From Candidatus Micrarchaeota archaeon (lineage in GTDB: Archaea; Micrarchaeota; Micrarchaeia; Anstonellales; Anstonellaceae): 64,000 nucleotides of DNA. The notes beneath the pieces are model-generated. The model did no database searches. It worked only from the letters and a program-made list of their open reading frames with translations, and had not been told where the DNA came from. Every line of letters starts with the position of its first letter. Position 1 is the stretch's first letter. Of this stretch, positions 9,525 through 19,279 are shown piece after piece. The position numbers and the translations under genes were made by a program. Location of the stretch: positions 82,987 to 146,986 of the forward strand of contig JAOAJL010000001.1 of NCBI GenBank assembly GCA_026414185.1, given 5' to 3'.

Positions 9525-10402
9525 GCAGAGCCCTCCCCTCTCATTATCAGCTCAAGCGTATAGAGGTTTATCCCAATCAGTATCATCACCAAGCCGGAAA
9601 TGCCTGTGAAAACGGTAAGGAAAGCAGAGCCAACGGGAAGAACCCCCCGGCTGTAGAACACCTCCACAACAAACATCCCGATAAGCGCCGATATGCACAG
9701 CAGCGCAAATCCGCCTCCTCCGAAAAACAAAAGCGGCTTTCTTCTCATCATCTCCTGCACAAGGAAACCGGCAAGCCCGGCGCCGTGCGAAAGGGGGTTT
9801 TGCCTTTCCTCAAAATAGCGGATATGCACCGGCACCTCAACAACCTTCAACCCGGCTTTCTGCGCCGATATGATGGCTCCGCCGCAGGCAGCATAGCCAT
9901 CGCTTGCGATTCTTATCTTTTCTATGGCTTTCCTTGAAAATGCCCTGAAGCCGCATTCATAATCAAGCCTGCTTCCTCCTGCCTGAGCCGCAGAAAGAGC
10001 GTTGATGAGCCGCACCCCAAAAAGCCGGTAGGCAGGCGCGCCGCTTGCCCTGCCCAAAAAGCGGGAGCCAAGAGCAACATCCGCCTCTCCCTTCAGCACA
10101 GGCGCAGCCACAAGCCCAATCTCCTGCGGGTTGTGCTGGAAATCCCCATCAAGCGTCACGATTGCATCCACATCAAGCGTCCGTGCCTTTTCAAAGGCAG
10201 CTTTCAGCGCTGCCCCGTAGCCCCTCCCCCTTTCGTTTCTTATCACCTCGGCCCCCGCCTTCCTCGCAATCTTGGCAGTGCGGTCTTCCGAGCCGTCATC
10301 CACCACAAAAACCCGCCCGTATTTCTTGGCAAGAAGCACCACAGAGCCTATCGCCCTCTCCTCGTTTCTTGCAGGTATGAAAATCGCAATCCTGCCTTTC
10401 AT
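9521..10402 (-). CDS. GT2 polyprenol-phosphate glycosyltransferase (DPM1-like)
   Basis: IPARNEE, VVDDGSED, DGDFQH, GSRF, CGFRAF and two C-terminal TM helices. Confidence 0.9.
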   Translation of the reverse strand: MKGRIAIFIPARNEERAIGSVVLLAKKYGRVFVVDDGSEDRTAKIARKAGAEVIRNERGRGYGAALKAAFEKARTLDVDAIVTLDGDFQHNPQEIGLVAAPVLKGEADVALGSRFLGRASGAPAYRLFGVRLINALSAAQAGGSRLDYECGFRAFSRKAIEKIRIASDGYAACGGAIISAQKAGLKVVEVPVHIRYFEERQNPLSHGAGLAGFLVQEMMRRKPLLFFGGGGFALLCISALIGMFVVEVFYSRGVLPVGSAFLTVFTGISGLVMILIGINLYTLELIMRGEGSA

Positions 10403-12489
10403 TTCCTTCCCTCTCTCCTTTCCTTGCCTCTCCTGTCCGCAGCCGCGCTGCCCTTTTCTTTTTTGCCCCAGTCTTTCTTGGTTTCGCACTGCGTCTCAAG
10501 GCACATCTCAAAGTTGCGCCTTCCCTTCCTTACCACCTCAATCCTGGGTGTTTTGCAAAGCTCGCACGTCTTTCCCAGCGGGACTATTTTCGCGTTTTGG
10601 GGCAGGGGATAAATCGCGGTGCACGACGGATAAGCCGTGCAGCCCACGAACTGCTTCCCCTGCTTTGTCTGGATTACCCGAAGCTCTCCGCTTCCGCACC
10701 TGACGCACTTTCCAAGAATCGGGCTTTCATTCTTTACAAGCCCAGCCATCAGCTCAGAGCCTATCGCCCTCTCCTTGCCTTCAAACTTTGAGAGTATCTG
10801 TCTTAGCACCTCCTTGCCGTCTTCAATAGCCCTCCTTTCGTTCTCCCCGTCTTGTATCTTTTCCATCTCCTCCTCAATCTTCCGCGTCAGCTCCTCATCC
10901 ATTATTTCCGGCGCCACCTTGGAAAGAAGCTCATAAAGTGCCATCCCAAAGGGCGTAACTTTGATGCTTTTGCCGTCAACATAGCCCCTCTTGAAAAGGG
11001 TTTCAATTATGGCGGCGCGCGTTGCTTTCGTCCCAAGGCCGCGCTTCTCAAGCTCAGAAACGATGGAAGCGGGGGTGTAGCGCTTAGGGGGTTGCGTTTT
11101 CTTCTCCTCAACCTTGAAGCCGAAAAGCGGAACCCGCTCCCCCTCGGAAAATTCAGGCAACAAAGCCTCTTCAAGCTTGGTGTAGGGGGCATAAGCCTCA
11201 AACCACCCTGGCTTGACAGTCTTGTTGCCGCTTGCAACATACCCTTCCGTGCCCGACAAAATGCTGATTTTCTGCGCCTCCCGCACCGCTGGTTGCTCAA
11301 AGCAGGAAAGAAAGCGCTTTACAATCAGGTCATAAAGCTTTGCCTGCTTTTCAGAAAGGTTTTTCGGCGGCAGCCCGGTGGGGTGTATTGCAGGGTGCGC
11401 CGGGTCTTCTTTCTTGCCCTCAAGGGGCGAGAGCCTGTTTTGAGAAAGAAGCCTGGATGCAATTGAGGAATAGGCTGGCTGGCGCCCAAGCTGCTCTATT
11501 ATCCTTTTCAGCCCAAGCCGGGCGGGAAGCTTCTGCGAGCTTGTTCTCGGATAGGAAATGAGGGAAGCCTCATAAAGAGACTGCGCCAGCTCAAGAGTCC
11601 CTGCCGGCTGGAAGTTGAAAAGCCGATAAGCCTCCAGCTGAAGCGAGGTGAGGTCAAAAGGCGGCGGAGGGGGCTGGAGATACTCTTTTCTTTCCACCTT
11701 TTGCACAACACCTGGCGTGCCTGAAGATGAAAGGGCAGCGTATGCCTCCTCCTTTTTTTCAAACCTGCCACGCTCGTGGAGAAAACGGACTTTTTTCGCA
11801 GTGCAGGAAACTTCCCAATAGGGCTTTGGCACAAAGGAAGCAATCTCCTTTTCGCGCTTTGCCAAAATGGCAAGGGCGGGCCCCTGCACCCTGCCGATGC
11901 TCATAATCTGCTTTTTGCCGGCGCTTCTTATGGATGACATCAGCGCGCGGCTGAGATTTATGCCGTAAAACCAGTCAAGGATGTGGCGCGCCTCGCCCGC
12001 CAGCGCGTTTTGCAGGTCAAATGCGCCGCGCTTTGCAAAAGCTTCGTCAAGCTCGCCGGGCGTAAGGGCTGAAAACTTCATGCGCGTGGCGTTCCCTCCT
12101 CCGCATGCAAAGCGTATGATGTTGTAGCCAATCAAGCTGCCCTCAACATCAAAGTCGCAGGCGCAGACATACTCCTCCGCACCCGGCGCGACGCTTGCGA
12201 TGGCATCCAAGTATTTCTTTGAAAAGTGGGGCTCCTTCTTGCCTTCCGACCCCTCAACCTCGTAAACAGGCGCCCACTCAACGTCAAAAACCGGATAGCC
12301 GCCGCTTCCTGACTTCTGCCGCAGGGTATAAAGGTGCCCTGCCGCAGAAACAACCACAAGCCTCTGCCCGTCCCGCTCAACTTCATAATACGGCACGCCA
12401 TAGAGGCTTTTTGCGGAGACCTTTTCCTTCCCAAGCGCATGGGCTATTTTCTGCGCCACGCTTGGCTTTTCGCATATCACAAGCTTCAT
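10399..12489 (-). CDS. topA: DNA topoisomerase type IA
   Basis: CEKPSVA, TOPRIM ACDFDVEG, SIGRVQGP, catalytic ISYPRT, LGTKATR and C-terminal zinc ribbons. Confidence 0.95.
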   Translation of the reverse strand: MKLVICEKPSVAQKIAHALGKEKVSAKSLYGVPYYEVERDGQRLVVVSAAGHLYTLRQKSGSGGYPVFDVEWAPVYEVEGSEGKKEPHFSKKYLDAIASVAPGAEEYVCACDFDVEGSLIGYNIIRFACGGGNATRMKFSALTPGELDEAFAKRGAFDLQNALAGEARHILDWFYGINLSRALMSSIRSAGKKQIMSIGRVQGPALAILAKREKEIASFVPKPYWEVSCTAKKVRFLHERGRFEKKEEAYAALSSSGTPGVVQKVERKEYLQPPPPPFDLTSLQLEAYRLFNFQPAGTLELAQSLYEASLISYPRTSSQKLPARLGLKRIIEQLGRQPAYSSIASRLLSQNRLSPLEGKKEDPAHPAIHPTGLPPKNLSEKQAKLYDLIVKRFLSCFEQPAVREAQKISILSGTEGYVASGNKTVKPGWFEAYAPYTKLEEALLPEFSEGERVPLFGFKVEEKKTQPPKRYTPASIVSELEKRGLGTKATRAAIIETLFKRGYVDGKSIKVTPFGMALYELLSKVAPEIMDEELTRKIEEEMEKIQDGENERRAIEDGKEVLRQILSKFEGKERAIGSELMAGLVKNESPILGKCVRCGSGELRVIQTKQGKQFVGCTAYPSCTAIYPLPQNAKIVPLGKTCELCKTPRIEVVRKGRRNFEMCLETQCETKKDWGKKEKGSAAADRRGKERREGRK

Positions 12490-12585
12490 GAGCCAATTTT
12501 CCCCCAAACGCCTTTTTAATCCCAAACCCGCGCCGCCGCCAAAAGCCTTATACAACCTTCCTGCAAATCCATAATGGGTGGTGGG

Positions 12586-12828
12586 ATGAAAGGGCAGCTT
12601 TCTGCAGAGATGCTCATCTTGCTTGTGATTGTGCTGGGGCTTGCCATAATAGTCGCATCCACAATGATGCAGTCTGCCAGCAAAGCCTCGGAGAAAATAG
12701 AGCAAAAGACGCAGGCGGTGATTGAGAAGGCGGAAGGCGGGGCGAAGGGAAGCGCAGGCTCCCCCTGCTACTCAAACGAAGACTGCTCTTCCGGAAGCTG
12801 CGATGCCTATCTTAGGACGTGCAACTGA
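12586..12828 (+). CDS. Class III signal peptide (type IV pilin-like) protein with Cys-rich tip
   Basis: MKG/QLSAEMLILL with +5 Glu. C-terminus CYSNEDCSSGSC. Confidence 0.8.
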   Translation: MKGQLSAEMLILLVIVLGLAIIVASTMMQSASKASEKIEQKTQAVIEKAEGGAKGSAGSPCYSNEDCSSGSCDAYLRTCN

Positions 12829-12854
12829 GCAGCCAGCCAAAGCAGGTGTCCTGC

Positions 12855-13277
12855 ATGATTCCTGCAAGCCCAGCCGTGCCCCCTTCTAAAAACCGCGCGA
12901 ATTCAAAAGCCCAGCTTTCAATGGAGGCGATGCTTGTCCTGCTTGTCTTCATCGTTTCCGTGGGCATCGCTTATTTCGCAGTTGCCAGCCTCGGCAAGGG
13001 GGCGGAGAAAAGCATAAGCGCCTCTCTTTCAAAGGCAAGCTTTGACGAGCTCTCCTCAAAGATAGCGGAGGCGTGCTCGCTTGGCAACGGCAACGTCCGG
13101 CAGATGCAGGCAAAAGGCGCCCCCATGCAGCTGCGCTCGGACGGCAGGAGGCTCTTTGCCTCAGCCGAGCAGTTCTCCGCAAGCCGGGAGTTTGACTGCG
13201 AAATATGGGTAAGGCAGGAAGAGCCGGCGCGCTTCTTTACAATAGCCAACCAAGACGGGACAATTGAGATTTCATGA
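12855..13277 (+). CDS. Class III signal peptide (minor pilin-like) protein
   Basis: KA/QLSMEAMLVLL followed by a hydrophobic helix. Confidence 0.75.
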   Translation: MIPASPAVPPSKNRANSKAQLSMEAMLVLLVFIVSVGIAYFAVASLGKGAEKSISASLSKASFDELSSKIAEACSLGNGNVRQMQAKGAPMQLRSDGRRLFASAEQFSASREFDCEIWVRQEEPARFFTIANQDGTIEIS

Positions 13278-13898
13278 CCGCAAGCCGCTTCTTTTTTTTG
13301 GCGCAAGCACCGTATCCAAAAAGCGCCTGCAGTCCCGCTTTCTTTCACCATCAAGCAGGACAAACCCAATCCCAGCGGCTTTTGCGGCAAGGAAATCCTC
13401 CTTGTTGTCCCCCACAAAAATGACATTCTCCTTTTTCTCCCCCAGCCTCTCCACTGCAAGAAGCAGCATCTTTGGATTGGGCTTGGGGGGCGCGTCAAGC
13501 AAAGTCAGGACAGCGGCAAAGTGCTTTTCAATGCCGAGCCTTCGGAGGACCATCCGTGCGCTAGCCTTGCGATTTGTGGCGGCGGCAAGGCGGTATCTTT
13601 TCGCAAGGGCGGGCACTGCGGCGGCAAGCGCAGTCGGCTTGACAAGGTGCAGGTTCTCCGCAGTCAGCTCCGAGAGGCGCAAAAGCATCCTTTCAAGCAA
13701 ACGCCTGTTTTTGGAAAGTTGCGGCGCCAGGGCAAGAAGGACGCTTTCTGCGGAGTGCGCACTTGACATGCTTCTTATCGCCTTGCCAGAAACACGAAAG
13801 CCAAACTCGCGCATAAGCTCCTTTGTGTTGTGCACCACTGCCCTGCGCGAGTCTGCAAGCACACCGTCAATGTCAAAAATAATCGCCCTTATTCCCAT
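13272..13898 (-). CDS. HAD-family hydrolase (phosphoglycolate phosphatase-like)
   Basis: FDIDGVL, ATN, KPNP, VGDNKED. Confidence 0.88.
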   Translation of the reverse strand: MGIRAIIFDIDGVLADSRRAVVHNTKELMREFGFRVSGKAIRSMSSAHSAESVLLALAPQLSKNRRLLERMLLRLSELTAENLHLVKPTALAAAVPALAKRYRLAAATNRKASARMVLRRLGIEKHFAAVLTLLDAPPKPNPKMLLLAVERLGEKKENVIFVGDNKEDFLAAKAAGIGFVLLDGERKRDCRRFLDTVLAPKKRSGLRS

Positions 13899-14920
13899 CG
13901 CACCAGCCTTTTTTCCTCAGCCTTGCTGTCCCTGCAAAGAAGGACCACGCGCGAGGGCAGGTGCTCCTCACAGCGCCTGTAGCCGCTTGCCTCGGAAAGC
14001 TTCTCCGCGATAGCACCTATCTCATCCATCTCAAGCATGCTTTGCGGGGAAAGCCCTCTTTGGGGCTGCCTTGCCCCTCCCATAAAAACGAACCCCTTCA
14101 CCTCCACATAGTGCGGCTGCGCCTTTCTTATCTGGCGCGCATAGCCATCCAAATCAAAATCATTCACCCCTCGCACAAGGGTCATGCGAAGAACCGTCCT
14201 CGTCCTTTTCCCAAGCAAGGGCAAAAGCTCAAGCGTGCGGAGGTAATTCCCCCACAGGTTTTGGCTCATCGGTCTGATTGCGCGGGCATAGACTTCTGTG
14301 TTTGGGGCAACCATGGACACGTAAAGCTGGGTGGGCAGGGTGCGCATTGCCGAAAGCCTCTGCGGGAAAGTGCCGTTTGTCACAAGAAAGGTCGTCATCT
14401 TCCTCCTGTGGAACTCCAAAATCATCTGCTCAAGGAAAGGGTAGGCGGCAGGCTCGCCTGCAAGCGATATTGCAGCATGAGCAGGCTCCATCGCCTCCTC
14501 ATAGCGCTCCTTGCCCACTTGCCTGTTGCCCCCATAGCCGGAAACAATGTCTTTCTGAGCCCTCACAAGCCCATCAACTATGCTGGCGGCGTCGTCCCAC
14601 TCAAACTCCCGCCCGCACAAGCCATAGCGGTCTTTTTCCGGGATGAACCTCCAGCAAAAAACGCAGGCGTGGTTGCAGAATTGGACTGCAGGAGTGCACT
14701 GGAGGCAGCGGTGCGAGGCTATCCCGTAGAATTTTGCCTTGTAGCATTCTCCCCTTCCCTTTAGCGAAAGCGCCGCCCAATGGCATAGCTTTGCGGCAGA
14801 GTGGTTTCCGACAATATGGTAGTGCTGCCTGAGAAGAAGGCGGACAAGCTCGTCCGGCATAAAGCGGGTGGAGAGCCTGACTTTCGCATAATACCTTTCC
14901 TTTCCCCTGCCCCTTGCCAT
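13889..14920 (-). CDS. taw1: 4-demethylwyosine synthase (radical SAM, Taw1/TYW1)
   Basis: HSAAKLCHW, CYKAKFYGIASHRC, CNHACVFC, AISLAGEP. Start uncertain. Confidence 0.93.
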   Translation of the reverse strand: MARGRGKERYYAKVRLSTRFMPDELVRLLLRQHYHIVGNHSAAKLCHWAALSLKGRGECYKAKFYGIASHRCLQCTPAVQFCNHACVFCWRFIPEKDRYGLCGREFEWDDAASIVDGLVRAQKDIVSGYGGNRQVGKERYEEAMEPAHAAISLAGEPAAYPFLEQMILEFHRRKMTTFLVTNGTFPQRLSAMRTLPTQLYVSMVAPNTEVYARAIRPMSQNLWGNYLRTLELLPLLGKRTRTVLRMTLVRGVNDFDLDGYARQIRKAQPHYVEVKGFVFMGGARQPQRGLSPQSMLEMDEIGAIAEKLSEASGYRRCEEHLPSRVVLLCRDSKAEEKRLVRWE

Positions 14921-15060
14921 GCTTTTTGCTGTTGAGCAGTGCAATTAAAAAGAAAAGCCCCAACAAAAAATGGAGGGGAAAAGCGGCGGGAAAAGGCGAA
15001 TGCCGCCCTATGCCGAAGTCCTTTGCCGCAGCCTTTCTTCTCCAAGGCGATACTGTGGCA

Positions 15061-16245
15061 GTGAAGCTTGAGCTTGACGTTCGCAAAAAGTCCATAACCG
15101 TTTCAGAGCCAGAATCAATCTCATCGTTGGTGAATGGGCACTACGGATACATGAAGAAAGGGATAATCCACCTTTTCCCGGAGGAAGCCCTCTATCTTGT
15201 GGACATAAGAAATGCGCAATGCACTGATGCGGCACTCAACACCTACCGCTTCAACGCGATTGCCGCCCTCTTTCCGCACAAAAAGCAGATGGCGCGCTAC
15301 TTCACCTACAAAGACTGGCGCGACAGGGGGCTGATTGCAAGGCAGGTCTCGGAGATATGCGAGAAATACGAGCGGAATGCTGTAAAGCGCTACCCGCCAG
15401 GGCGGCTTTTGCTGGACCGTTTCGCTTTCCAAGGAAGGTTCTACCCCGACGACTTGTGGAGCGTGATTGACGACGAGGAGACAGGCAGGCAACTTTATTC
15501 CCAGCACTGGTTCGGGCAGTTTGGCTCATACAAGGCAGAGCAGCGGGGCAAGCTCTCAAAGCTTGACGCATACGAAACCCTCTTTCTTATGCGCCACGGC
15601 GGGCTGCGCCTTGAGAATGCGCAGGAAAAGGATGTCATCGCCGCCGCAAAGCGCCAGCACAAGGATTTTCTCCACCTATATTCAGTCTATGAGGACTGGC
15701 GCCTGCGCGGCTACATCCTAAAGACAGGCTTCAAGTTCGGAACCCACTTTCGCCTCTACTTCCCAGGCGCCTCCCCAATGCGCGAGGGCGGGGAGTGGGT
15801 GCACTCAAAGCACGTAATACACTGCTTCCCGCGCCAAAGCAAGCTCCTCATCTCCGAATGGGCGCGCGCAATCCGCGTTGCGCACTCCGTAAAGAAGACA
15901 TTCCTCCTTGCGATTCCCGGCGAAAAGAGGCAAAAGCGCGCAAGGCAAAGGCAGCAAGGCGAGCTTTCCACCAACCTGGACTTCCTCCTTTACCACCGTT
16001 CAGGCGGCAACATAGAAAACCCCAAAACCGGCAAGCCAAAATACCTGATGTTTTCGCTATCAGAGGAGGAATACATAGGCGGGCAGGAGCTTGCCGACGC
16101 AATTTAGCAGGGCAAGAAAATCGGGCTTGAGCTTCTCCTCGCGATTTGCGACCGGGAAACCTCCGTCACCTACTACGCAGTCAAAAGGATAGAGCTTCCT
16201 GGAAGCCCAGAAGAATACTACGAGATTGAGTGGGTGCAGCCGTAG
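15061..16245 (+). CDS. endA: Three-unit (epsilon-type) tRNA splicing endonuclease, interrupted by an in-frame TAG at 16105-16107
   Basis: Two N-subdomain units (PEEALYL; AYETLFL) and a catalytic unit (KTGFKFGTHFRLY, HSKH, AHSVKK). The frame continues past the TAG to DRETSVTYY...YYEIEWVQP*. Confidence 0.9.
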
Positions 16246-16387
16246 CTTGGCGGAAAAGGATGCGAATTGCGAAGCGGGTGCAACAGAATGGGCGCAGCCG
16301 TAAGCGCGAAAGCTGATGATGCGGATTAATGCGAAACTGCGTCAGTTGTCCATTTCTGGCGGCTGCCTTGAGCTTGGCAGCCGGCAT

Positions 16388-17281
16388 TCACGCAACCATC
16401 TTGGTCTTATTTGGAAGGGAAGAAGAAGGAAGGCCAAGCGCTTTCTTCACCCACTTGTACAGCGACTTGAAATCGATCTGGCGCACCTCTGTCACATGAA
16501 AATCATCTTTCTCATGCTTCCAAACCTGCCCATTCTCCAAGTTGACAAACACTTCGAATTCTTTTCCATAATTATTCTTGGCAGGCAAAACCAGAAAGGT
16601 GCCTTGCAAGCGGTCAATCGTCATCGGAGCGTTGGTGTCACTCAGACCCCCGCCATTCAGGTTGACAATTGCAATTCCCTTTCCCTTAGTGTCTACATCA
16701 CCATGTCCATAGTCCGAAAAAACCCAGCAAACGAGATTGAATGCGGGGTTCTCCACCTCCTTATTCGTATTCAAAGGGTCCTTCATCTTTTCAGTCAAGG
16801 TGTGGCGCAAACCGTTTTCACGTTCGAACGTTATCGTTTTTTTTCCTAAATTAACTCGAGACACCGGAATTCTGCGCTGCTCCAAATCTGTTTTAACCTC
16901 TTCGCGGTTTTCGTTCCTTACGTTCTCCAGCATGCCTTTGCGCTGGTTCTTTGACCATAACGTCACGCCAAGAACACCCATGTAAATCTGAATGATCTGC
17001 GGGTTCCCGTCTTTGTCAACATAATTGACGAGTAAACGGTCCCCACCCAGCATCGTAAAGCCGCTATCGTCGAGTTGGAGAGTAATCGTAATTCCATCCA
17101 GGGCTTTATCCACAATCCACTCCAAAAGATTGCGGCCGGTGTTTTCAATCTCTCTGTTTTCAATAGTTTCGCTCTTGGGATAGTCATAGGACTTCGTCTT
17201 CTCCACCCCATTCTCCAAATACGCAATAACAACCTTTCCATTCTCAAACTTTATGCTTGAAACAGAGTAATTCTCGGGCAT
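16388..17281 (-). CDS. Hypothetical protein (AT-richer orphan)
   Basis: 297-aa ORF with GAGGTGA SD. No recognisable motif. Confidence 0.7.
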   Translation of the reverse strand: MPENYSVSSIKFENGKVVIAYLENGVEKTKSYDYPKSETIENREIENTGRNLLEWIVDKALDGITITLQLDDSGFTMLGGDRLLVNYVDKDGNPQIIQIYMGVLGVTLWSKNQRKGMLENVRNENREEVKTDLEQRRIPVSRVNLGKKTITFERENGLRHTLTEKMKDPLNTNKEVENPAFNLVCWVFSDYGHGDVDTKGKGIAIVNLNGGGLSDTNAPMTIDRLQGTFLVLPAKNNYGKEFEVFVNLENGQVWKHEKDDFHVTEVRQIDFKSLYKWVKKALGLPSSSLPNKTKMVA

Positions 17282-17426
17282 TCAAATCACCTCATTTTCT
17301 TTTCAGCAAACCTGCGCGGGCGGCGGGCAGACCGGGTTCTGCCCCGGGCAGTTGCTGCACGGGTGCTCCGCTTTCCAGGCGCGCACCGCCAAGGCAGCAA
17401 CCACAAGCCACTTCTGGCAAAAGCCC

Positions 17427-18356
17427 TCATCCCCTTTTTCCAAGCGCCTTTTTCAGCTTCTCAATCAGGTAGTCATTTCCCATGTAAAGCGGGGTGCGGG
17501 CATCCACATCAAGGGCTTTGGCGTCAAGAAGCGAGCGGCTGCCATCCCAGCTTTTCCCGCCTGCCTGCTCCAAAATGAATGCCATCGGAGCCGCCTCATA
17601 GGTTAGCCGCAGCTTTCCCCTGGGCGCAGAGCGCGTCTGCGGATAGGCAAAAATCCCGCCGCGATGGAGTATCTGCGAAAAGTCCGCAACAAAGGTGCCG
17701 GAATACCTGACTTTCAGCTTCTCAACGCGAAATAGGTCCTTGGCAAATTTCAGGAATTTAGGGCTCCAATCAAGCGGGTCGCCCCCTACCCCAAAAACCT
17801 CTCCCTTCACCGGAAGCTTGACATTCTCAGCCAGCAGCAGGAACTGCGCATTGCCGCTTCCGTCGTAGTGCTTGACAAACTCATGGCTTCCGTTTCCCGC
17901 AGAATACACAAGCGTGTTGAGGGGCCCATAAAGCTTGTAAAGCGCAGCCACAAGCTTCCTTCCCGCCTGCGGCAAGTCGTCGCGATATATGCCCATTATC
18001 GTTCCGAATGAGTTGTTCGTGTTTATGTTTGACGAGCCGTCAAGCGGGTCAATGGTAACTATGAAAGGCGCATGCGGGCTTCCAAGCAAAGGCTGGCGCA
18101 GCTCCTCGGAGTATATCTTGCGCACAAGGCCTGTCTTAACAAGCTCATCGCAGTAATAGCCGTTTATCCACTCGTCAAGCCTTGCCACAGCCTCTCCATA
18201 CTTGTTTTTGTCCCCAGCCGCACCGCGCAGGTATTTTGGGAAGTGGTGCTGCGCGTCAAGCGAAACATAGGCAAATGAAACAATGAGCCGGCGCAAATCC
18301 TGCGCCACACCGGACACTTTAAGGTGCTGCGAAAGGGTGAGCACTTCCTCCGCCAT
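17427..18356 (-). CDS. fbp: Fructose-1,6-bisphosphatase class I
   Basis: SEE, IDPLDGSSN, GTIMGIY, RYSGTFVAD, GKLRLTYEAAP. Confidence 0.93.
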   Translation of the reverse strand: MAEEVLTLSQHLKVSGVAQDLRRLIVSFAYVSLDAQHHFPKYLRGAAGDKNKYGEAVARLDEWINGYYCDELVKTGLVRKIYSEELRQPLLGSPHAPFIVTIDPLDGSSNINTNNSFGTIMGIYRDDLPQAGRKLVAALYKLYGPLNTLVYSAGNGSHEFVKHYDGSGNAQFLLLAENVKLPVKGEVFGVGGDPLDWSPKFLKFAKDLFRVEKLKVRYSGTFVADFSQILHRGGIFAYPQTRSAPRGKLRLTYEAAPMAFILEQAGGKSWDGSRSLLDAKALDVDARTPLYMGNDYLIEKLKKALGKRG

Positions 18357-18365
18357 CAAAACCCC

Positions 18366-19130
18366 CTATCCAAAGACAATTCCGCTTATTTTCCTTGCCA
18401 TCTCAAGCGGCTTTTCGTTCTGCCAGACATTCCTGCCGACAGCAAGCCCGCAGGCGCCGCCAGCCATTATGTCCCGCACTTTCTGCAGGAACTCCTCATC
18501 CTGCTGCTTGCTTCCGCCCGCCGAAATCACCTTGCATCTTCCAGCAGATGCCACCACCCATTTCATAGCATCAACGCTTCCAGGGTAGTTTATTTTCACA
18601 ATATCAGCCCCAAGTTCAAGCGCCACGCGAGCAGCATAGGCAACCATCGCAGGGTCCTTCTCATTTGGCACATGCATCCCGCGCGGATAGGACCAAACAA
18701 TGCAGGGCAAGCCGTAGTCGTGCGCCTCCTCCTCTATTCTGCCAAACTCGCAAAACATCTCCGCCTCTCTGGGCGAGCCAACGTATATGGTATAGCCAAT
18801 CGCGTCGGCGCCAAGCGCGACCGCCTCCTTGACCGAGCAGACCTGTGGGGAGTAAGCCGCATCCTTTGGCACAATATTCGTCCTGCCGTTGAGCTTCAGC
18901 ACGAGCGGCACCTTGCCTGAATAGTTCTCCTTATAGTGCCTTGCAATGCCTTTCTGGACCGCAAAGCCGGTAAATCCGCCCTTTGCGGCAATCTCGCAGA
19001 CGTATTCAGGCGCCACATTTTTCAGGTTGAAATCCACTGGCCCATGCTCCATCCCCTGGTCATAGGCAAGTATGAGCACCTTGCCATCTCGCACTATCTT
19101 TCCCAAAGCGCCTTCCCTTCTTCTTCGCAT
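18366..19130 (-). CDS. fba: Class I (DhnA-type) fructose-bisphosphate aldolase
   Basis: AYDQGMEHGP, WSYPRG, Schiff-base ADIVK, AVGRNVWQ. Adjacent to fbp. Confidence 0.9.
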   Translation of the reverse strand: MRRRREGALGKIVRDGKVLILAYDQGMEHGPVDFNLKNVAPEYVCEIAAKGGFTGFAVQKGIARHYKENYSGKVPLVLKLNGRTNIVPKDAAYSPQVCSVKEAVALGADAIGYTIYVGSPREAEMFCEFGRIEEEAHDYGLPCIVWSYPRGMHVPNEKDPAMVAYAARVALELGADIVKINYPGSVDAMKWVVASAGRCKVISAGGSKQQDEEFLQKVRDIMAGGACGLAVGRNVWQNEKPLEMARKISGIVFG

Positions 19131-19279
19131 AAAGCCCACCTTGCCATAAGAACGGAGCTTATAAATAAATGGGTTGCTTTCAGGCCGCTTCCCTTCATTC
19201 TTCAGCGCGATGCGTCCAGACTAAACCTTTTTAAACCTGAACAGGAAATTTAGCTCGCTAATCAGGCGAAGGTGAGCTT

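Noticed and set aside
16105-16107. Genome-wide TAG reassignment (pyrrolysine or another code)
   Set aside because: ychF, rpo6, rpl31e, pfdA and endA itself end on TAG at normal lengths. I noticed no other interrupted conserved gene.
16081-16140. BHB mRNA intron removing the endA stop
   Set aside because: The protein is colinear across the stop with no surplus nucleotides to excise.
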